NCBI GenBank assembly: GCA_963422365.1
Contig: OY729426.1
Location: 1,152,001 to 1,216,000 of the forward strand
From: Nitrospirales bacterium
GTDB taxonomy: Bacteria; Nitrospirota; Nitrospiria; Nitrospirales; UBA8639
Direction: 5' to 3'
DNA: 64,000 nucleotides
Shown: one piece after another, positions 25,719-36,172 of the stretch
Position numbering within the stretch: position 1 is the stretch's first letter
Layout of the letters: each line of letters opens with the position of its first letter
Position numbers and translations under genes: made by a program
The notes under the pieces: generated by a model
What the model saw: only the letters and a program-made list of their open reading frames with translations
Databases searched by the model: none
Told to the model about the DNA's origin: nothing

Positions 25719-28700
25719 TCATGTTTTACTCAATCCTACGCGGTACTTGATGTCGTAGTTGACGATGAAATCCAGTTCCTCGTCGGTGAAGCCGTAGTGT
25801 TCGTCCAACACGCGGTCGATCTCGTCGATGATTCCTTTAGATTTCCGAGGATAAAATTCATCGTACTTGACCTTGCCTGTTGTCTTGTAACTTGCGATCT
25901 TTTGTTTACATCGCAGTTTGTAATCGTTCATTAGTCGATTTGCTAGGACCTCAAGGTTTCTACAAATCTCGGTTTTCATCTCACCAATGCTAATTGGAAA
26001 AGAGAAAATCTCGTGACGACCGCAGTGGTATCCTTCGAACAGCGAATACCACCACCAGAAGAAAAGATTCGAATTGAGCACGGCTAACAAAGAACCATTC
26101 GCTTCCGATGGTTCCAACTGATAGGCCTTATAGTCCTCAGATTTTTTCTGGCCGTCAACTTCACTCCAAAAGTAAGGTATGAAATTAAACGCTTTAATGT
26201 AGTTATATGGAATACGATGAACGTAGAATGAGGGAGAAGTCGGACGTTGTTTATATGATGCCGGACTAAATCGACTAAGTTTTCGCAGGATCTGCTCGGC
26301 AATCCTGTCTCCGAGTTTGGGAACCAGACAAAGATCTTGGTCGAGATATGACTTGTGATAACGAAGGTTCGAAAATAAATCGCTTCTTTCTTCCGGTTTC
26401 CAACGATTATAGAACGTAGCGCAAAATCTCGATTTATTGATACGTTCGGATAGTATCAGTAGACAGAGTCTCTGTTTTGCGCCCTCGAACAGCTTGCTGG
26501 GATAGACGTCGAACGTGCTTAGATAAGTATGTCGTTTCTCATCAACAAGAAGCCGTTGCAGGGTGTTCATTCTGGCTGTTGTTTGCAAGCTGAGGGGAAT
26601 GATAAAACTAAATCTAGCCCGTGGGTGTAACAACGTAAGTGCGCGCTCGGTACAAAAAGCGTAGATATTTCCACACTGCTCGGTTTTTAGGCCATTCAAT
26701 TGATAGATTGATTTGATCTGAGAATACTCCACATACGGCGGGTTGCCGATTGCCACGTCGAAGCCGCCCTTGTGCATAATGCCCTTGTGCATAATGCCGT
26801 AGAACTCGACGAACCAGTGGAAGGGCTGGTGGCTGCCCCGCCATTTTTGGTATGCCTTTCCGTCATCGGTTTTGACGCCGTAATCACCGGCTAAATACTC
26901 ATCTAATTCGTCGCGCAGGTCATTGAGTCGTTCCCGCAATTCCACCTTGGTGCTGGCAAACTTGCTGGCATCCATGCCGTGCTCGGTCTGCATTTCGCGA
27001 AATGTACGAAAAGCGCGGTCGGCGATTTCGGCGCGTTCCTCTATCTGAGGAAGCGACAATTGCTTTATCAGGTCGGCGCGCAGCACCCTTTTTACTTCGT
27101 CCAGCGACGTGAAACCGACAAGTGTGTTGCCGGCGCGGATGTTGAAGTCGATGTCCGGCAACGGCTCGATCTGGTCGTAGGATTCGAGCTGGGCCACCAG
27201 TTTCAAGAAGAGTCGCAGCTTACAGATTTCGACGGCCTCTTCCATGATGTCCACGCCGTAAAGGTTGTCGACGACGATGGACTTGAGAATGAAGTAGCGC
27301 TCGCTCGCGTGCTTGTCCACGTTTGCCAGCGCCTTACGGAAGTCGCTCAGATACTCCGGGCGGCGGCGCTGCGAACGCTCCAGGTCGTCGAGGAAGCCGC
27401 GCATGGCTTCCAGACAGGCCGTGTACAGCGGCCTCCAGAATATTGAGCGCCGCGAACAGGAACGCCCCTGAGCCGCACGTTGGGTCAAGGACGGAAACCG
27501 CGTTGAGCGCCTTCCAGAAGGCACGCACCGGCTCCGGCCCTTCGCTGCCGGCGATGACATCCAGAGCGAATTTCTCAATGTCCAGATTGTAGGTGATGAG
27601 GTCGTTGATTGACGTCACCTCGCCGGCGGTAAGTTTGGCGCGGACTTGCTCGTAACGCCGGCGGCGGGCGACGTGCTCGCGCCATGTCTCGGTCGGCAGG
27701 GCAAAATCGCGCGGAGCGGGTTTGTTCCAGCTGCTGCGTTTGGATACGTCGTTCAGACCGGCGGCTATCTCAGCCGGCAGTTCGCATTTTTCCGCCAACC
27801 GTTCTTTTTTGTGGATGTCATACGTGATGCCGTGGCGGACCGCCTCGTAAAAATAGCGGTCAGGGTTGTCCGAGAGCAGCCGCCACACCCCGCCGTCGGG
27901 CTTGAAGGCAATGGCATACGCCTGTTTCGCCCGGTCGAACAGGAACGGGATGACCGTGTTGCGGGCGATGTAGCCGGTGATATCCTCCTTGGTGTAGTAG
28001 GCGCCTATCTGCTTCTGGTTGATGTACTTCTCGAAGATGCAGCCCAGAATGTCGGGGTTGATCTCGTTGTCGCCGCGCAGCGGCCGGTCGTCGAGATGCC
28101 ATTGGTAGGCGTCGAAAAAATCGAAAATCTTCGCAAACGCTTCATCGGGAATCTCGATCTGCGGGTTGTTCCGCTCCAGGTCGTGCTTCTCGAACAAGCC
28201 GCCGTTGAGGTACGGCACCTTGCCCAGCAGTTTCGCCAAGTCGGGATCGCGTTTGGTCTCGGGCAGTCCCAGCCCCTCGTGGAACAGCCGCAAGAGGAAC
28301 AGCCGGTAGAAACTGAGGAAGTTGCCGTCTCCCCGCTGCTGTCGCACGCTTTTCAGACGGTTGTGCAGGTAGTCCGTGTTGTTGTCCAGGAAGCCGCGCT
28401 TCTGGATGAAGTAGATGAACATCATCCGGTTCAGCATCAGCGAGGCGTACCATTCCCGGTCGGCCACGTTCTCGATACCCTCGATGAATCCCAGAAAGGC
28501 GTGATGCTCCTTCTTGAAACGGTCGTAGAACCGCTTGGTGACTCTCTCGATATCAAAGGCCTCGTGTACCCGGCCAGACACGTCAACAATGGTGAGATCG
28601 TCTTCCTCGTCCAGCGTGAAGACAAGCTGCTCCAGCTTCTGGATCAGCGCTTCGCCTGATTGTTGCAGGTGGTAGATGTGCTGACGCGGCCTGTCGGGCT

Positions 28701-29034
28701 GGCCGGGCTCGCGTTTCACCCATTGCCAATAGTGGGTACTCCGGTCGGGCGGGGCGTACACGATGATGTGTTCGCGGACGGACTTGGCGACGGCTTTCTC
28801 GATCTTCTGGCGGACGGGATGAGCGGGAAACGCTTTGTCCGTCTCTGCAACGCATTGATAGGCAACCATGCCGCGCTTGTGGGCGATGGCTTCGAGAACG
28901 AACGTCGTGCCTGCGACTGTAGCCTCCGTGTCCGTGCCCCCGTGGTCCCAGCCAAGTTCCTCGATGAACAGCAAGCGGAGGTCGAAGTTCTCCAGATGGT
29001 TTCGGACTCTATTTCTGTCAAGATTACTTGGCAT
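25719..29034 (-). pseudogene. Large N6-adenine DNA methyltransferase/specificity protein (Eco57I-like), split by a +1 frameshift at about 27432
   Basis: VPYLNGGLF, GAYYT, LDPTCGSGAFL in ORF 27334-29055; LYGVDI, GNTL, FDVAIGNPPY in ORF 25719-27578; junction ctg gag G ccg ctg tac. Confidence 0.85.
26766..26798. repeat. 15-bp perfect tandem duplication (GIMHK-GIMHK)
   Basis: gcccttgtgcataat x2 plus gcc. Confidence 0.95.
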
Positions 29035-29047
29035 TTCATCTGCCGTC

Positions 29048-32000
29048 CTATCCAATCAAACCCATTGAGCAGATGATACTTGGTTCCTGACGTTCGTCTT
29101 CTTCATGTACGATGCAAAGCCGGTCTTCATCTCTAAGCGCGACGACCAACCCGGCAAGGGCCTGGTCGGAGATGCCGCTACGCAATTGCCGGTTCAGCGT
29201 ATCCACCGCGGCCTGACTCAACGGATAGCGATAGATGTCGTCAATTGCGCGGCGTAGCGGCGTACTGTCGAACAGTGTGCCCTTGACGCTTTCGGCATAG
29301 CTCTTCAGCTGCTCGTAGGTACGAAACCGCGCCCCAGAGGGGCGACCGAGCTGTCCTCCGACCTGTTTTTCCTCGCCGGCAATGCGCTCCGCAGCTCTGC
29401 TTACCAAATCGTGATGGGTCTCATGACGCGGCAAGGCCGGCGTGTCGGGCGGGCATTCCGCAGCCCGCAAAATCTCGAACTGGCTCTTGGTCACACTTTT
29501 GCCGTCGCGGTCAATCCAGGCTAGCGCATCGTATCCCTGGGCGGTCCGCATGTACACCAGCGCTCCTGCCGGTCGCTCCGGTCGTTCATGGTAGGCTTTT
29601 GAGGAATAGACCACAGACGGCAAGTCCTCGATCTTCTTCCTGAGCGTCGGATTATCCGCAGTTGCGTTCCGCCAAATCTGATACGCGTATGAGGACAGGT
29701 CGACGTCCGTCTCGTCGTCGTTGTCGAGAATCCCTGCCTTTTCGTTATAGAGGTCAAGCACGGTCTGTTTGGCCTCGTCCTCGAAGAACGCCTCGTCGGT
29801 CCCGACCACTTCTGCGTTCTCGTGGAGGCGTGTCCGCACGCAGGCGCGAAGCCGGATCAGACGTTCAACCCCCTCGGCTGGAAGAAAGGAATAGCACAGG
29901 ATGTCGTGCGCCTGTTGGCCGATGCGGTCAATACGGCCAGCCCGTTGAATCAGGCGCATGATGGCCCATGGCAGGTCGTAGTTCACCACAACGGCACAGT
30001 CCTGCAAATTCTGTCCTTCGCTGAGCACGTCTGTGGCGATCAGCGCGCGCAGTTCCTCGTCCGTGGGGATGCGCCCCTCTCTGCCGTTGCTCTTTGGGCT
30101 GAAGCGCCAAGCTATTGCCGTGGGATCGGGAGAGTCCCCCGTGACGGCGGCCATGTTTGTCACGCCGCGTGCGGCCAATTGCTCGTACAGGTAACGCGCC
30201 GTATCCGCGAACTGAGTAAAAACGAGCGCTTTTTGGCCGGAATGCTTTTCCGTGAGCAGCCGTTGCAGAGCGTCGAGCTTAGCGTCGGCTCCGGGTTTCC
30301 AGCCGCCGCCGCGAATCAGCAGCCCGCGTAGGGCAGCGGCATCCGCCTGCAGGTCTTTACGCAGTTGCGCAACGAAAAGATGCGCGCCCAGCCAGCGGAA
30401 CCGCCGCTTGTATTTTTCGACGTACAGCTTGTAAACCTCGGCGGCGCGGGTGCGGAAATCCTCCTCCGTGCGCAGCGGTACGGATACGGGCGCGGCCGGC
30501 TGCTCGGCGTTTTCCGCGTCTTCGTCGTCAAACGCGCTGCCGCCGGCGTCTTCCGCGTCCTCATCGAAGGACCCCGCGTCCAGCAGTCCCGCGTCGAGCG
30601 TCCCGATCGGCAGCGGCAGGCCGTGCTCGATGGCGTGGAGAAAGACGAAGTTCCTGAGCGCGTGCCGCTCGACCGACAGCAGGAAGACATGGCCGCTGCT
30701 TTCCAGGCGCTTGAACAAATTGGTGCGGCAGAAGCCCATCAGCCGTTTGCCCGCGTGCGACAAGTCTTTCAGGATCTTCGCCTCGGCCTGCGTGGGCGGT
30801 GCGGGTAGCGACTCTATGACGTAATTGCCAAGACCGTAACGCGGGAGTTCCAACCCGTTTATGGCGTCAACCATGTTGTCCGCGAACAGCCGGGCATACT
30901 GACCGTCGATGTCGAACCGGAGCGTCTTCGGGACCCGCGTCGGGAAATAGGAGCGCGTACCGTCTTCGAACGTGAGATATTTGCGACCGTTGGCCGAGTC
31001 CGTAGCGGCGTAGTTATCTTGAACGAAGCTGCGCGTGCGGCGGACAAGATACAGGCGCATCAATTCTCGCCAGTCGTCGGCGTGCTCGGATTTCTCAAAC
31101 GCGGCCAGGGAACGAACAGGAGCCTGATGTTGCCGGATGAACTCGGTCTCGCCGATCTCGCGCAACAGCCGCTTGGGCCGAATCCCCAGATCTTCGTCCT
31201 CGGGCACGAACAGCAGAAGTTGGCCGGCAAGATCCGCATAGGTCTTGTTGTAGGGCGTCGCCGACAGCAGGATGCATTTGCTGTCATTTTTCTGGATATA
31301 TTCCCGGATGGCCCGATACCGCTTCCCTTCGCGGTTCCTCAGATTATGGCTTTCGTCTATGATGACGAGCCGGTAGCGGCGCATGTCGGATAACTCCCCG
31401 ATGACGCGGCTGATCGACAGCACCCGCGCCCGCAGGCGGTACTGTTCGCGATGGTCCTCCCACATGGGAACGAGATTTTTCGGACAAACGATCAGCGTTT
31501 CCAGACCGTGATCGTCCTCGAACACGCGCGCCAGCGCCGTTGCCATGAGCGTCTTGCCCAGTCCGACCACGTCGCCGATGATGACGCCGCCCCGCCGGTT
31601 CAGATGATGCGCCGCGATCCGGACGGCGGCGGTCTGGAAATCGAGGAGCTTGTTTCCGAAATCCGTCGGGATACGAAATTCGGTCAGGCCGGCCCGTGCT
31701 TCCTGCGACAGGTGGTACGCGATTTTGATGTAGATATGGTGCGGCGAGATCAGTTCTTCTCGCGCCCAGCTCTCATCGATGATGCGGGCCAATTCGTCGG
31801 AAATATCGATGCACCGGTGGTCGCTCCAGCGATCATTGAACCACGCCGCGAGCTTTCGGCAGGCATCATGATCCAGCACGTCGACGTTCAATTCTCCCTG
31901 CAGGGAAAGGCCGGACAGCGTGAGATTGCTGCTGCCCAGGTAGGCAGTGCAGGGATTGATCGGGTCAGGGCGGAATAGCAGGTAGAGCTTGGCGTGCAGC

Positions 32001-32413
32001 GGATGTCTGAGAAAGAGCTTGACGACGACTTTTTGACTCTTGATTTGCCGCGCCAATCTTCGCAGACCTGCCTCGTCTTCATTGGTGGGAGCACCGATGG
32101 TCAATTGATCGCGGAATTCCTGGGCCAGCCTGTTTTTCAAACGCAGCGCCGTCTGGTTGTCTAAGGGCTCTTCATGTGCCGCAAGACTTCTTGCAGTCCT
32201 CAATTCTTCTTGGGGTAGCCGTGGCATGCCGACGAGGAGACGGCAGCCATGACCGTCTCCACCATCCCATTTTTCGATGTGTTCGTCGATTGATCGCCAG
32301 CCGCGCAGGTTGAAGTATCCCACGCAGAAGTCCGCCCGGTCGGAAACCTTCATGGTTTCGGCCAGGGCCGGTCGGAGATGCTGTTCGATGTTATCGAAAA
32401 TGCGGGGCATCAA
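29048..32413 (-). CDS. PLD-family nuclease fused to an SNF2-like SF2 helicase
   Basis: HAKLY...GSSNLT (PLD); GDVVGLGKT, DESH, SATP, FTQFADT, SEGQNLQ, QRAGRIDRIGQ. Confidence 0.9.
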   Translation of the reverse strand: MMPRIFDNIEQHLRPALAETMKVSDRADFCVGYFNLRGWRSIDEHIEKWDGGDGHGCRLLVGMPRLPQEELRTARSLAAHEEPLDNQTALRLKNRLAQEFRDQLTIGAPTNEDEAGLRRLARQIKSQKVVVKLFLRHPLHAKLYLLFRPDPINPCTAYLGSSNLTLSGLSLQGELNVDVLDHDACRKLAAWFNDRWSDHRCIDISDELARIIDESWAREELISPHHIYIKIAYHLSQEARAGLTEFRIPTDFGNKLLDFQTAAVRIAAHHLNRRGGVIIGDVVGLGKTLMATALARVFEDDHGLETLIVCPKNLVPMWEDHREQYRLRARVLSISRVIGELSDMRRYRLVIIDESHNLRNREGKRYRAIREYIQKNDSKCILLSATPYNKTYADLAGQLLLFVPEDEDLGIRPKRLLREIGETEFIRQHQAPVRSLAAFEKSEHADDWRELMRLYLVRRTRSFVQDNYAATDSANGRKYLTFEDGTRSYFPTRVPKTLRFDIDGQYARLFADNMVDAINGLELPRYGLGNYVIESLPAPPTQAEAKILKDLSHAGKRLMGFCRTNLFKRLESSGHVFLLSVERHALRNFVFLHAIEHGLPLPIGTLDAGLLDAGSFDEDAEDAGGSAFDDEDAENAEQPAAPVSVPLRTEEDFRTRAAEVYKLYVEKYKRRFRWLGAHLFVAQLRKDLQADAAALRGLLIRGGGWKPGADAKLDALQRLLTEKHSGQKALVFTQFADTARYLYEQLAARGVTNMAAVTGDSPDPTAIAWRFSPKSNGREGRIPTDEELRALIATDVLSEGQNLQDCAVVVNYDLPWAIMRLIQRAGRIDRIGQQAHDILCYSFLPAEGVERLIRLRACVRTRLHENAEVVGTDEAFFEDEAKQTVLDLYNEKAGILDNDDETDVDLSSYAYQIWRNATADNPTLRKKIEDLPSVVYSSKAYHERPERPAGALVYMRTAQGYDALAWIDRDGKSVTKSQFEILRAAECPPDTPALPRHETHHDLVSRAAERIAGEEKQVGGQLGRPSGARFRTYEQLKSYAESVKGTLFDSTPLRRAIDDIYRYPLSQAAVDTLNRQLRSGISDQALAGLVVALRDEDRLCIVHEEDERQEPSIICSMGLIG

Positions 32414-32544
32414 TCCGTCTTTATTCTACCTTGGCAAATTTTGCTGCTAAACATGGTGTCTTAAATAAGACCAATACCGCATAACCATCTCAGCACTGAA
32501 TAGGGTGGTTGCCTCTGCCTGGCCTTATGAGAACGGATTGTTCA

Positions 32545-32588
32545 CTGGATACCTGGTCAAGCCCGGTATGACGACGCCGTCATTCCAG
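32545..32588. repeat. Degenerate CGTC/RPE-like palindromic repeat
   Basis: ctggatacctggtcaagcccggtatgacg hairpin followed by cgtcattcc. Confidence 0.4.
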
Positions 32589-32809
32589 TATCTGATTTGC
32601 AAGGTCTTGTCTGGTTGTCATGCGGCGGCAATGGCGCCCGTTCGACTCAAGGGGTGGACCATAATACAAAATCGGCAATCTGCCAAGAGCCGATGACGGC
32701 TCCGGTTGCGAGCAGCTAGTCTCTTGTCGCCTGCCTGGTGCTGTGGTACATTTTTCTTTTGTCTTGTTCATCCTAAACGAACAGTGCCCCAACCGCGTTC
32801 ATCCGGCCC

Positions 32810-35452
32810 ATGTCCACACTCTACGATCACCAAGCCATTGAACAGAAATGGCAAGCCTACTGGCGTGAGCATCAGCCCTTTCGTTCTGAAAGAGACCCCG
32901 ACAAACCAAAATTTTACGTTCTTGATATGTTCCCTTATCCATCGGGCTCTGGACTCCACGTGGGCCATCCCAAAGGCTATATCGCGACGGATATCATCTC
33001 TCGCTATAAACGGATGCGTGGCTTTAACGTCCTGCACCCCATGGGGTGGGATGCCTTCGGCCTGCCGGCCGAGCAATACGCGATTGAAACCGGAACTCAC
33101 CCGCGAGAAACCACCAAACGGAATATTGAAAATTTCAGACGGCAATTCCAAGCCTTGGGCATGGATTACGACTGGTCGCGGGAAATTGATACCACGGACC
33201 CCGCGTATGTGCGGTGGACGCAATGGATCTTTCGTCAACTCTATGAAAAGGGGCTGGCGTATCTGGCCGAAGTTCCGGTGAATTGGTGCCCGGCGCTGGG
33301 CACCGTACTGGCCAACGAAGAAGTGATCGACGGCAAGAGCGAGCGAGGAGGGCATCCGGTTGTGCGGGTGCCCATGCGGCAGTGGATGCTGCGCATCACG
33401 GCCTATGCCGATCGGTTGATTGATGACTTGGCATTAGTGGATTGGCCTGAATCCATCAAGCGGATGCAGCGGGAGTGGGTCGGCCGTTCGGAAGGCGCCA
33501 AAATTTTTTTTGAGGTCGTGGGGCATGAGCAACAATCGATTGAGGTGTTTACCACTCGTCCCGATACTCTATTCGGGGCTACCTATATGGTCCTGGCCCC
33601 GGATCATGCATTCGTGACGGCCATCACGACCCCCGAGCAACGTTCGGCGGTGGAGGCCTATGTTGAAGAAGTGTCCCGTCGGAGCGAACGGGCGCGTGTA
33701 GCTGAACTGGGTGAGAAGACAGGGGTTTTCACCGGAGCGTTTGCCGTGCATCCGGTTACAGGCAAGCCTCTTCCGATTTGGATTGCGGATTACGTGTTGG
33801 CGACCTACGGAACCGGAGCGATCATGGCGGTTCCGGCTCATGATACGCGGGATTATGCCTTTGCGAACCACATGCACTTGCCGATGGTCGAAGTCGTCTC
33901 TGGAGGTGATATTTCCATTGACGCGTTTACGGGTGACGGCACAAACGTGAATTCCGATTTTTTAAACGGATTAGCCTCTTCCGATGCCAAACTACGCATG
34001 TGCGACTGGCTGGCGCAACACGGGAAAGGTGAGCGAACCGTGTACTATAAATTGCGTGATTGGCTCTTCAGCCGACAGCGGTATTGGGGAGAGCCGTTTC
34101 CCGTGCTGCATTTTGAAGACGGCACGACGAAACTCATTCCGGAATCAGAGTTGCCGGTTATGCTTCCCGAGTTAGAAAATTTTCGCCCGAGCGGGGAGTT
34201 TGAAACACCCCTGGCTCGCGTCCGCGATTGGGTCGAGGTGACGGACCCCGAGACCCGACAAAAGGCTCTGCGTGATACCAATACCATGCCACAGTGGGCC
34301 GGAAGTTGTTGGTATTACCTTCGCTTTTGTGACCCCCGCAATACCCAAGAGCCGTGGTCCAAAGAAGCCGAACGGTATTGGATGCCCGTCGACTTGTACG
34401 TGGGAGGAGCCGAGCATGCCGTCTTGCATCTGCTCTATGCACGGTTTTGGCATAAGGTGCTGTATGACCTTGGGCTGGTGCATACGCCCGAACCCTTTCA
34501 GAAATTGCTGAACCCCGGCATGATCCTGGGATATAGTTATCGCTATTTTGATGACAATCTCTCCGATGATCCATCCTTTGTGGCGCAGTCGTACTCCACA
34601 TCGGCAGTGCGTTTTGACCATGACACCCCGCTTCACCAACAGACGGGAGGGGAAGTCAAGGCTCGATGGGTGGCTTCACAAGATGTGCGGTGGTCAGAGG
34701 AAGGGACGCCATTGCATCCGACGATTGACGGGTTGGTGTTGGAAGAAGTCACAGAGAAAATGTCAAAGAGTCGAGGCAACGTGGTCAATCCGGATGAGGT
34801 CATTGCCGACTATGGGACCGATGCGCTCCGGTTGCATGAAATGTTCATGGGGCCGTTGGGAAAAGGTGCCCCCTGGGCCCCCGAATCCATCCCCGGCGTG
34901 GTGCGGTTTCTGCAGCGAGCCTATCGTCTTGTCCTTGGTGAAAAGGAACAGGAGGGTTCGGGTGTGCTGGCCGTCGAGGGGAGTGGAACTCCCAATCAAG
35001 CACGACTGACGGCCCGGACGATTCAGGGCGTGACGCAGGACCTTGAGGAGATGAGTTTTAATACGGCCATTTCGAAACTGATGGTCTTTGTGCGGGATAT
35101 TACGAAAGATGGCCCTCTGCCGCGCGCTTCAGCCGAACCCTTTGTCTTGTTACTGTCGCCGTTTGCTCCACATTTGGCGGAAGAATTGTGGGAAGGGTTG
35201 GGATACACGCCGAGTCTTGCGCATCAGGCATGGCCGCCGTTTGATCCCGCCTTCGTGGTGCACGAGGAATTGACGATACCCCTTCAGGTTAATGGTAAGC
35301 TGCGAAGCAAGATTCAGGTACCGGCCGATGCAAAGAAAGAGGAAATTCTCGAGCTCGCGCAAAGCGATAAAAAATTGGTGGAATGGTTGCAGGGAACGAC
35401 GACTCGAAAAGTGATTTACGTCGAAAATAAGTTAGTCAATTTTGTGGTCTAA
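32810..35452 (+). CDS. leuS: Leucine--tRNA ligase
   Basis: [41 protein letters not shown]. Confidence 0.98.
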   Translation: MSTLYDHQAIEQKWQAYWREHQPFRSERDPDKPKFYVLDMFPYPSGSGLHVGHPKGYIATDIISRYKRMRGFNVLHPMGWDAFGLPAEQYAIETGTHPRETTKRNIENFRRQFQALGMDYDWSREIDTTDPAYVRWTQWIFRQLYEKGLAYLAEVPVNWCPALGTVLANEEVIDGKSERGGHPVVRVPMRQWMLRITAYADRLIDDLALVDWPESIKRMQREWVGRSEGAKIFFEVVGHEQQSIEVFTTRPDTLFGATYMVLAPDHAFVTAITTPEQRSAVEAYVEEVSRRSERARVAELGEKTGVFTGAFAVHPVTGKPLPIWIADYVLATYGTGAIMAVPAHDTRDYAFANHMHLPMVEVVSGGDISIDAFTGDGTNVNSDFLNGLASSDAKLRMCDWLAQHGKGERTVYYKLRDWLFSRQRYWGEPFPVLHFEDGTTKLIPESELPVMLPELENFRPSGEFETPLARVRDWVEVTDPETRQKALRDTNTMPQWAGSCWYYLRFCDPRNTQEPWSKEAERYWMPVDLYVGGAEHAVLHLLYARFWHKVLYDLGLVHTPEPFQKLLNPGMILGYSYRYFDDNLSDDPSFVAQSYSTSAVRFDHDTPLHQQTGGEVKARWVASQDVRWSEEGTPLHPTIDGLVLEEVTEKMSKSRGNVVNPDEVIADYGTDALRLHEMFMGPLGKGAPWAPESIPGVVRFLQRAYRLVLGEKEQEGSGVLAVEGSGTPNQARLTARTIQGVTQDLEEMSFNTAISKLMVFVRDITKDGPLPRASAEPFVLLLSPFAPHLAEELWEGLGYTPSLAHQAWPPFDPAFVVHEELTIPLQVNGKLRSKIQVPADAKKEEILELAQSDKKLVEWLQGTTTRKVIYVENKLVNFVV

Positions 35453-35468
35453 AGGGGGACCCCACTTG

Positions 35469-36149
35469 ATGAACAGATTCGTCTCATCTCTCATTGTCGT
35501 TTTGATGTTACTCGTGTTTCTCCCAGGATGCGGCTACCAATTTTCCGTGGAAGGACCCGGCCCACGAATCGGGGAAGGTCCGGACCGTGAAAAGGAGGGA
35601 CCTTTGGTCCGGTTGGTCATTCGAGACCTGCTCAACCGCACGTTCCAGAGCAATTTGGAATTCGTGTATACCAGATACATGCGGCAGGAATTTGCCGTCA
35701 GCGGCGGGGCGCAAGTCGTGGCGGAGGATACGCAAGCCGATTATGTCATGACGGGAGAGATCGTCTCGGTGACGATTCCGTCACTCACGTTTTCGGCCGG
35801 CCAAACCCGAGAACGCCGCGTGAAGGTGGTTGTGCGCGTCATGGTGGCACATCGACAGACTGGCAAGGGGCTCTGGACGGAAACGGCCACAGGCACCGGA
35901 GAGTTTTTTGTGAATCGTGCTCCCGATCTCGAAGCCAGGCAGGATCAAATTCAGTTTAACCGAGTCCTGCAAGACCGGGCATTAGAGCAGGCAGGCCAAG
36001 AGGCCGCGCAAATTTTAGCGGCAGCATTCTGGGATGCGAGCGACCAAGGGATTTTTTCTCAGGCTCAAGCCCCGTCCCCTTCTCATTTTTCTTCAACCAG
36101 CCTTGGGCTACGTGGACGCTCGGCGGCCCTTGTTGCGTCGCATGCCTAG
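35469..36149 (+). CDS. lptE: LPS-assembly lipoprotein LptE family
   Basis: Lipobox LPGCGY; position between leuS and holA. Confidence 0.75.
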   Translation: MNRFVSSLIVVLMLLVFLPGCGYQFSVEGPGPRIGEGPDREKEGPLVRLVIRDLLNRTFQSNLEFVYTRYMRQEFAVSGGAQVVAEDTQADYVMTGEIVSVTIPSLTFSAGQTRERRVKVVVRVMVAHRQTGKGLWTETATGTGEFFVNRAPDLEARQDQIQFNRVLQDRALEQAGQEAAQILAAAFWDASDQGIFSQAQAPSPSHFSSTSLGLRGRSAALVASHA

Positions 36150-36172
36150 GCACGCGTTCCGGAGAAGAAACA

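Larger units (their letters stand above)
20160..32750. mobile_element. Defence / toxin-antitoxin island between uvrC and leuS (no integrase seen)
   Basis: Cluster of TA, Abi and R-M-like genes and remnants; heterogeneous base composition; flanked by core genes. Confidence 0.7.

Noticed and set aside
27646..28659. 337-aa plus-strand ORF
   Set aside because: Antisense shadow of the GC-rich methyltransferase; no motifs of its own
25016..32413. Calling the operon DISARM or BREX
   Set aside because: DrmA/DrmB (DUF1998) and PglZ/BrxC are absent from the window
34530..34750. Long insertion before KMSKS in LeuS
   Set aside because: This is the normally variable leucine-specific domain; no intein motifs
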